A stretch of DNA of 64,000 nt from Thermoplasmata archaeon. Lineage in GTDB: Archaea > Thermoplasmatota > Thermoplasmata > Lutacidiplasmatales > SKW197. A program made the position numbers and the translations under genes. This document shows, in pieces, positions 7,924 through 13,845 of the stretch. Numbering within the stretch: the stretch's first letter is position 1; the number at the start of each line of letters is the position of its first letter. The stretch is from the NCBI GenBank assembly GCA_038874435.1, contig JAVZCK010000006.1, forward strand, positions 37,332 to 101,331, written 5' to 3'. The notes below the pieces were generated by a model that worked only from the letters and a program-made list of their open reading frames with translations, ran no database searches and had not been told where the DNA came from.

Positions 7924-10563
7924 TTAACCTCCCTGTGCTTTTTTGAATCCCTTCTTCTCGAGTTTCCTCAAAATTTCTTCTGCCTCTTCTTTTTCTTTAA
8001 GAATTTCTTCTTTTTGCTTTTTCAACTTCTCCATCACCTTTTCTGCATTGGATTTTACCTCAAGGAATTTCTTTACTGCAGGAGCAAGTTCTTTTTCAAC
8101 TCTCTCCACAACTTCCTTCACAATTTCAGTTTTCAGCGCTTCCTGGGGTACCTTCTTCCCAAGCAACTCGGTTATCACAGTTTCAAGCTCAGCCCTCATC
8201 CTTTTAAGCGTCTCTCTCTCATTCTCCAAGTTATTCTTTTCCTCCAGTAATGCCTGGGTCTTCAATTCAATTTCGTGGAGCATGTCTTCAACATTCTTCT
8301 TCTCTTTCTCCACTTCCTCCTTCTTTGTATTAACCATTGCTTCAAGTTCATCCATCTGTTTCTTCCTAGCTGCAAATTCTTTTCCCATTTCATCAATAAC
8401 AGCAAGGTCTTTAGCTATCTCAGCCTCCTTCTTTTTCACTATCTCCTCCCTTTCACTTATCTCCTTTTCTCTCCTCTCAACTTCCATGACTTTTCTTTCT
8501 ACATACTCCTCTTTCTCAGCCAGGACTCTTTCTCTTTCTGTCAGAGTTGCTTCATATCTTGTGATCTTGTCAACACGCTGATTGTATTCCTTTCTCGCCT
8601 CCTCAATCTGCACGCGCTCTAATGTCATAGCTTTCTCTTGCTCAGAAATCACTGCTTCTCTCTCCCTCAGCTCCTTCTCTTTCTCCGCCAATCTCAGATT
8701 TATCGCTTTCAGTTTTTCTTCCTCTCCACGAATAAATTCTTCTTTTTCGTAGAGCACTTTTTCCTTGTCCTCTATTGCTACTTTCCTAGCTTCAAGTTCC
8801 TGCTTGACACGAATAACATCGTTCTCTTCCTTCTTCAATCTTTCTCGGGTCTCACTCAATTCAATTGCTTTCGCATTAGTTTGCTCAATTGCTTTGGAGA
8901 GAGCAATTTTTGTTTGATCTAGCTCCTCACTCTTTGCAGATGTTTCAGCTAACATCTGATTAAGTTGACGTTCTTTCTCCTCTAGTTGTGCAGCAAGAAC
9001 CCTAGCACGGTCCTCTTCTGCCTTCAACCATTCTTCTTTTTCTCGAATTATTTTCTCCTTCTCAGCAAGCATCGTTGCCATCATCGCTTGCTCCGTCGCC
9101 TTTGTATCAACTTCTCTTTTCTCTCTTTCCAGTTCTTCCATCAGCTTAATAAATTTTTCAACCTTCTCCTTCTCTCCAGTTTCTTCTTTGAGCGACTGGA
9201 TCGCATCGAGAATCCATTTTTCTTTTAAATTCAGTTCTTTTTCTTTTATTCTTATTTCCTCCCTTATCTGTCTCAACTCCTTTAAATCCGTTTCTATTTT
9301 TTTCTGCATTTCTGCGGGCATGGTAGCAATGTTCTGGGGGTATTCTTGAGCTTCTTTCAACCTTTCCTCCCACTGCCTCAATTCTTCAAACTTTGCGTTC
9401 AAAGCATTTCGTTCCATCTCCAGCTGATACATTTGAACTGTAAGATTTTCCTCACGCTTTCTGAAATCCTGCGACATTGCTTCAAATGCCTGAATTTTTG
9501 CATTTAGTTCAATCCCAATTTGTTTGATTCTCTCTTCCTCTGTTTTTAACCAGTTTTCCCACTCTGTAAGCTCTGCAATCTTCTTGTTGATATCGGAGTA
9601 ATTCTCTTGAAGTTTGTTCTCTCGCATTTTAAGGTCTTCTTCCCATACATAAAGGTCGCTTTCCTTTGTTTTCAGTGCTTCCTCTTTCTCAGCAAGTTCG
9701 TTTTTCAAATTCTCCAGTTCTCTATACTTCTCACTCAACGTAGCCAAAGAGTCTTCTATGCTGGGCATCTCAAATTCATATTTGCAATTCGGACAGATTT
9801 CTTCTGTAAAGCCAACCTCCGCTTTGCACCTAGGACAAATTTTTGTCTCGTCATCAGTATGTTCTTTTTTCTTAAGCATTTTTTTCTTTTTAACTGGGTA
9901 CTGTATTTTTCCCATCTCTGTCTTCCATTTTCCACAATCATAGGGTTTCTGTAATTCCTCCCAGAATATTGCATAAGGGCGGAGGTAATAATCCATGTCC
10001 TTAACACCAAACACAGCGAACTCCTCATTTATTGGGTCCACAACTATTGCAGAGTGATATTCATGTGGAAACATCTTGGTCTGGGTTGAGATGTCTGTGC
10101 TAGAGAGAAAACATGTATGACCTGGATGTGAATGGTACCAACCAACAAGGATGTAATCAAAAGGAATCTCATCTAGTTGCTCAAACAATTTCTCATATCC
10201 TTCCTTATCGAATTTCACATGAACAGCACTAGCATCCAGATCTGATGTCACAATGTCTCTCACTACTGCATAAACTTTACCATCGTATTTATACACATCC
10301 CCCAAAAGAAAACCCATTACTTCCAGAGTCTGTGATTTGTACTTCATCGCATGGAGAAGAATCTTTTCTTCAGCATTCTTAGAAATATATACATCAAAAA
10401 TTTTTGAGGATTCAATTGTTTTCTTGAACAGCTCAAATCCTTCTTTTGAAGCCCATTCATGGGGTGCTAAATACTCATACTGTGGTGGTTCTTTATTCGA
10501 AATTTCTTTTTTGCTTTCGCCCACAATCTTAGGCTTTTCCCTCGCCATCTTCTGCTCCTCCAA
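7924..10563 (-). CDS. JAMM/MPN+ metalloisopeptidase (Rpn11/AMSH-like deubiquitinase-type) fused to a Zn ribbon and a ~600-aa coiled-coil region
   Basis: The N-terminal ~200 aa carry the conserved Glu ('LEVMGFLLGD') and the complete JAMM motif 'HSHPGHTCFLSSTD' (H-x-H-x7-S-x2-D). A Zn ribbon 'CPRCKAEVGFTEEICPNCKYEF' follows. The remainder is E/K/L-rich heptad-like sequence (ELENLKNELAEKEEALK...), i.e. a long coiled coil. The protein ends '...KKAQGG'. It overlaps the E2 gene 3' end by 35 nt. Confidence 0.85.
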   Translation of the reverse strand: MEEQKMAREKPKIVGESKKEISNKEPPQYEYLAPHEWASKEGFELFKKTIESSKIFDVYISKNAEEKILLHAMKYKSQTLEVMGFLLGDVYKYDGKVYAVVRDIVTSDLDASAVHVKFDKEGYEKLFEQLDEIPFDYILVGWYHSHPGHTCFLSSTDISTQTKMFPHEYHSAIVVDPINEEFAVFGVKDMDYYLRPYAIFWEELQKPYDCGKWKTEMGKIQYPVKKKKMLKKKEHTDDETKICPRCKAEVGFTEEICPNCKYEFEMPSIEDSLATLSEKYRELENLKNELAEKEEALKTKESDLYVWEEDLKMRENKLQENYSDINKKIAELTEWENWLKTEEERIKQIGIELNAKIQAFEAMSQDFRKREENLTVQMYQLEMERNALNAKFEELRQWEERLKEAQEYPQNIATMPAEMQKKIETDLKELRQIREEIRIKEKELNLKEKWILDAIQSLKEETGEKEKVEKFIKLMEELEREKREVDTKATEQAMMATMLAEKEKIIREKEEWLKAEEDRARVLAAQLEEKERQLNQMLAETSAKSEELDQTKIALSKAIEQTNAKAIELSETRERLKKEENDVIRVKQELEARKVAIEDKEKVLYEKEEFIRGEEEKLKAINLRLAEKEKELREREAVISEQEKAMTLERVQIEEARKEYNQRVDKITRYEATLTERERVLAEKEEYVERKVMEVERREKEISEREEIVKKKEAEIAKDLAVIDEMGKEFAARKKQMDELEAMVNTKKEEVEKEKKNVEDMLHEIELKTQALLEEKNNLENERETLKRMRAELETVITELLGKKVPQEALKTEIVKEVVERVEKELAPAVKKFLEVKSNAEKVMEKLKKQKEEILKEKEEAEEILRKLEKKGFKKAQGG

Positions 10564-11071
10564 CTATCTTTGGAGCATGTTCTGTCTTTGTCTTCTCTAC
10601 AATTACTGGAGGTTTGTACGGATGCTTTTCAAAATACTCTGCGGCCTTCTGGCATGCCTCACTACCAAGAGGATTGCCTGGGTTAGGATTTGAAAGAAGT
10701 GTCTCAAGTCCCTTTATGAACATTAAGAGCGTAGACTGTGGGGTCCATGTGTCGAACAGCTTGGTACAGACATAGCCTCCTTCATGTGGGGGCATTATAT
10801 TCGGATGAAATATCGGACTGAGCCATCTTACAATCGGCTTCTGATATGGATACTGAGCCGTAATAATAATTTTCACTTTGTGGGTATATCTAGTAGTCAC
10901 TTTACCTTCCCAGAGAAATGGTCCAGGCGTTTTCACAAATGTGAGGTCTATTTCTATCGGAAAGTTGGATAAGCTACTGTCTGAAACAGAGAGTATGTGC
11001 CTTAGCTCTTTCTTGCACGTAAGGATTTCATTATACAATCTTTGCCTCAATACTTCGATAGGAAGCGGCAC
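10529..11071 (-). CDS. ubiquitin-conjugating enzyme E2 (UBC fold), GTG start
   Basis: 'YPYQKPIVRWLSPIFHPNIMPPHEGGYVCTKLFDTWTPQSTLLMFIKGLETLLSNPNPGNPLGSEACQKAAEYF' matches the UBC core nearly residue-for-pattern: Y-P...P, the HPN motif, the catalytic Cys about 10 residues later, W-(S/T)-P, LL..PNP..PL...A. The start codon is GTG (11069-11071), preceded by a GAGGGGGA Shine-Dalgarno. Confidence 0.85.
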   Translation of the reverse strand: MPLPIEVLRQRLYNEILTCKKELRHILSVSDSSLSNFPIEIDLTFVKTPGPFLWEGKVTTRYTHKVKIIITAQYPYQKPIVRWLSPIFHPNIMPPHEGGYVCTKLFDTWTPQSTLLMFIKGLETLLSNPNPGNPLGSEACQKAAEYFEKHPYKPPVIVEKTKTEHAPKIVGGAEDGEGKA

Positions 11072-11086
11072 ATCTGATTCCCCCTC

Positions 11087-12154
11087 TCAACATCCGCCTT
11101 CTGGGTCAGGTATAAGCTCCATTAAGTCCCCGTCTCTTATATCTGCTTCCTCCACCTTGGTCTCACCACGAAGTATGCGCTTTCCCTTGCGGAGCACATA
11201 CACACCAATGTTCTTTTCCCAGTAGGTTCCCACACTTTCTATGATCTCGTCTATTGTGTTGTCCGGCTCAAGTTCCATGTCCAGCGAAGCACCTGTCTCA
11301 GCATCACGCACTTTCACTCTTATCGACATTTCTTCCACCACCTTTTTCTTTTTTACAGTTTCTTCTTTTTCTGCCTCACTTGAAAGTAATCGGAATTTTT
11401 GCATGATGAGTTCAAAACTCTCTTTTTTTGTCTCTTCAGATTCCACAAGTTCTTCCTCCTCTTCCTCCTCACCTTTGGGTTCACTTATTCCGGCTTTTTT
11501 ATAATCTATAACCTCCAGGTATTGTTTCAATGTCTCAATTTCCTTCTTGCTCAGGACAATCGGTGAAACATGGACAATGAACACACCATTGTTCACTGAA
11601 ACCATGTCAACTACACCTTTCACAAAATCAATCACCTTTTCAAAACCGTTGGCTGTTATGAGAAGTCCGATTGCATCCAGAATGATTGCTGGTTTTGAAT
11701 TGTTTTTAACAAATTCACCGATGATGTAAGTCATCTCAAACTCCAATCGCTGCGGGTCCAAGGTCTTTTCCTTGGTCAATGTTGATGTAAGCCAGTATAT
11801 TTCCTCAATGTTTACATTGTACCTCTTTCTAATCTTTCTAGGATTGCTTTTTGTGAGACATAATCCTGCAAATCCAGCATCTAGTAAGTCCTTGAACAAC
11901 CTATAGGCAAGATTTTCATCCTCTGCGATGTAACTTCCACCCGTCTCCAAAAAGCTTGTGGGTTTCGAGGAAGCAAATCTAGCACCACAGTGAGGACAGA
12001 CTTCATCTAGTTCTCCAACCTCTCCGTTGCATTTGGGGCAGAGAAACACCTCTTCAAATAGTTCCTTTCCGCAAGAGGGACAAATAGTAGAGTCCTTTGG
12101 AATATTTTTACCGCAATAAGGACACTTCGTGGTTTCTGAAGTTTCGGGTGTCAT
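11087..12154 (-). CDS. double zinc-ribbon + DUF835-like domain protein with C-terminal ubiquitin-like beta-grasp domain ending Gly-Gly-Cys
   Basis: N-terminus 'CPYCG..x10..CPSCG..x10..CPKCN..x10..CPHCG' (four CxxC pairs). The middle domain resembles the C-terminal domain of the 20651-21820 protein. The last 80 aa 'MSIRVKVRDAETGASLDMELEPDNTIDEIIESVG...RILRGETKVEEADIRDGDLMELIPDPEGGC' parallel ubiquitin (MQIFVKT...VEPSDTIENVKAKI...LRLRGG) and terminate in GG followed by a single Cys. Confidence 0.75.
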   Translation of the reverse strand: MTPETSETTKCPYCGKNIPKDSTICPSCGKELFEEVFLCPKCNGEVGELDEVCPHCGARFASSKPTSFLETGGSYIAEDENLAYRLFKDLLDAGFAGLCLTKSNPRKIRKRYNVNIEEIYWLTSTLTKEKTLDPQRLEFEMTYIIGEFVKNNSKPAIILDAIGLLITANGFEKVIDFVKGVVDMVSVNNGVFIVHVSPIVLSKKEIETLKQYLEVIDYKKAGISEPKGEEEEEEELVESEETKKESFELIMQKFRLLSSEAEKEETVKKKKVVEEMSIRVKVRDAETGASLDMELEPDNTIDEIIESVGTYWEKNIGVYVLRKGKRILRGETKVEEADIRDGDLMELIPDPEGGC

Positions 12155-12188
12155 TTAGAGGCACACCTTCTAACCAATATAACAAAAC

Positions 12189-12200
12189 TCAAATATATAA
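12189..12200 (-). promoter_or_regulatory. TATA-box-like element (minus strand ttatatattt) about 35-45 nt upstream of the ubiquitin-operon first gene
   Basis: The plus strand reads 'aaatatataa' in the 70-nt gap between the PHP gene stop (12225) and the Ubl-gene ATG (12154). Confidence 0.3.
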
Positions 12201-12224
12201 CTAACGCTGAGTGTGGGCATACAC

Positions 12225-13511
12225 TCAAATAAAGCTGTCAAGAGTTGGCTGAGAATTTCTCCCTTTTTTCACTTCCACTCTTTTCGTTGTTCTGACTTCC
12301 TCTAGATTTTCCTGAGTACTGACCTCCACATCTGGAATTACGATTTCTCCATATTGCCCACCACCACCGGGTTTAACAATAACCTTCCCTGCTCTGAACG
12401 CCTCAATTGCCCTAACAACCTCCAGCGGTGCTACTCTGTTTATCTCCTCCATTTCTGCATCAATCAATATTCTCACTTCATTACCAAACTTGCTGATTAA
12501 TCCTTCCCAGATTTCTATAACCTTTTTGCTGTTTGGAGAACTCCCCAATGCCTTGGCAATTATTTCCGTAAGTGGGATTATGTGAATATATTTCGGTCTA
12601 TGTGAAGGCGACCTAGGTTCTGGATAAGTCGCAAGTTCCTCAACTCTATCTCGAACACCCTTCTTTATTCTTCCTCCACATCTGCACTTCCATCCTTTTC
12701 TCTTTGCCTCATTTAGCGTGTAATGGGTATAGCATTTTATGCAGGCACTTTCATTGTATTTTCCTTCCTCTGGTGGTACTCCAACATTCAGCACAACGCA
12801 CCTGCCTTTCTTGCGAAGAAGGGCCATACCCACCTCCTCAAAAGTCGGTTCTTCTACCTCCATACGCATGAATTCTCTGGCTAGGCGAAGGGGCCAAGGA
12901 GAATGGGCATCGGAATTTGTGAGGAATGTCATGTTTTGAAGTTCTGCAATTCTGTCAGCGTAAGAGGTGTCTGCACTTAACCCTAGCTCAATGTAGCCAA
13001 CATAGTCCACGAGGTCTCCGTAACACTCTTTCAGCGAATCAAATGCAGCATACACCGAAGTCCATGGCGTAAAAGCATGGCAGGGACCAATGAGCACATT
13101 GCATGTTTTTGCGATTTCTGCAATCTCAGCACCGTTGCCATGAAATCTTGGCCTCCCATCGGTCATAAGGTCTGAGACCTTTGAGATTATCTTTTCCGAG
13201 AATTCCTCTACCTTTGAAATTGAAGGGAAGATTAGCAGGTGATGAACCCTGTCACTGTCCTCTACCTCACAAGTTAAAATTACTCTCAAATTCCCAATCT
13301 CAAAAGTGCCTTCATCCACTTTTTTTAGTGCCTTTATTTCTTCAAGCCACCTAGGGTGGAGACAATCCCCTGAGCCAATCAAATTTATTCCTTTCTGGCT
13401 TGCCCCCTTCGCCAGATTCCGCATATTCATCACATCACTTGTACCTCCGGAATAGCGGCTGTGAATGTGTAAGTCAGCATTAATTTCCATTTTTAACAAC
13501 CTCTTTTCCAA
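12225..13511 (-). CDS. PHP-domain protein with C-terminal Cys4 zinc finger (Endonuclease Q / TIGR00375-like)
   Basis: PHP signature 'ADLHIHSRYSGG', with further His/Asp ligands (TNSDAHSP). C-terminal 'CIKCYTHYTLNEAKRKGWKCRCGG' Zn finger, then 'PGGGGQYGEIV'. The architecture matches archaeal EndoQ-type PHP proteins. Confidence 0.55.
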   Translation of the reverse strand: MEKRLLKMEINADLHIHSRYSGGTSDVMNMRNLAKGASQKGINLIGSGDCLHPRWLEEIKALKKVDEGTFEIGNLRVILTCEVEDSDRVHHLLIFPSISKVEEFSEKIISKVSDLMTDGRPRFHGNGAEIAEIAKTCNVLIGPCHAFTPWTSVYAAFDSLKECYGDLVDYVGYIELGLSADTSYADRIAELQNMTFLTNSDAHSPWPLRLAREFMRMEVEEPTFEEVGMALLRKKGRCVVLNVGVPPEEGKYNESACIKCYTHYTLNEAKRKGWKCRCGGRIKKGVRDRVEELATYPEPRSPSHRPKYIHIIPLTEIIAKALGSSPNSKKVIEIWEGLISKFGNEVRILIDAEMEEINRVAPLEVVRAIEAFRAGKVIVKPGGGGQYGEIVIPDVEVSTQENLEEVRTTKRVEVKKGRNSQPTLDSFI

Positions 13512-13845
13512 AAATTACATTGATTCCATGGATTTCCACCACATAAACGAAGAGAAGGCACCCAATTCCAAGAAACGCAATGGGCAACGAAAGCGTAGGT
13601 ATAAGGTAAAGAAAGGCAGTGGCCAGGAGCGAATCCGCAAACGCTAAAATTCCCCACACAAGCAACGCTTCTTTCCTTTGCCTTACCACTCGTGCAAACA
13701 CACCTGTAATCCCAAGTGGCTCAGATTTCCTTCTAGGGTCTGTACTTGCAAACGCTGAGAAAAAAGGGCTAACAAAAAACGCAAAAAATAAAATTAGAAG
13801 CAACAAAAAGAAGTATATGTCCATCCCTATGTTGGTAATGCTCAT
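13480..13845 (-). CDS. small membrane protein (3 TM), unknown function
   Basis: Hydrophobic 121-aa ORF lying between the P-type ATPase and PHP genes on the same strand. It overlaps both neighbours by a few to 32 nt. No motif. Confidence 0.35.
   Translation of the reverse strand: MSITNIGMDIYFFLLLLILFFAFFVSPFFSAFASTDPRRKSEPLGITGVFARVVRQRKEALLVWGILAFADSLLATAFLYLIPTLSLPIAFLGIGCLLFVYVVEIHGINVIFGKEVVKNGN

Noticed and set aside
7943-8622. Long plus-strand ORFs (212 aa and 115 aa, Ser/Phe-rich) antisense to the JAMM coiled-coil gene
   Set aside because: They are low-complexity shadow frames produced by the GAA/AAG-rich heptad repeats of the sense gene. There are no motifs, and no start or RBS context.
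8100-10000. Possible SMC/Rad50-type protein (long coiled coil)
   Set aside because: No Walker A/B ABC ATPase head domains flank the coiled coil. The N-terminus is an MPN/JAMM domain instead.
10548-10563. Alternative later start (MAREKPKIV) for the JAMM gene, to reduce overlap with E2
   Set aside because: It still overlaps E2 by 20 nt, and the upstream Met is in frame with no intervening stop. I kept the longest ORF, but the start remains uncertain.
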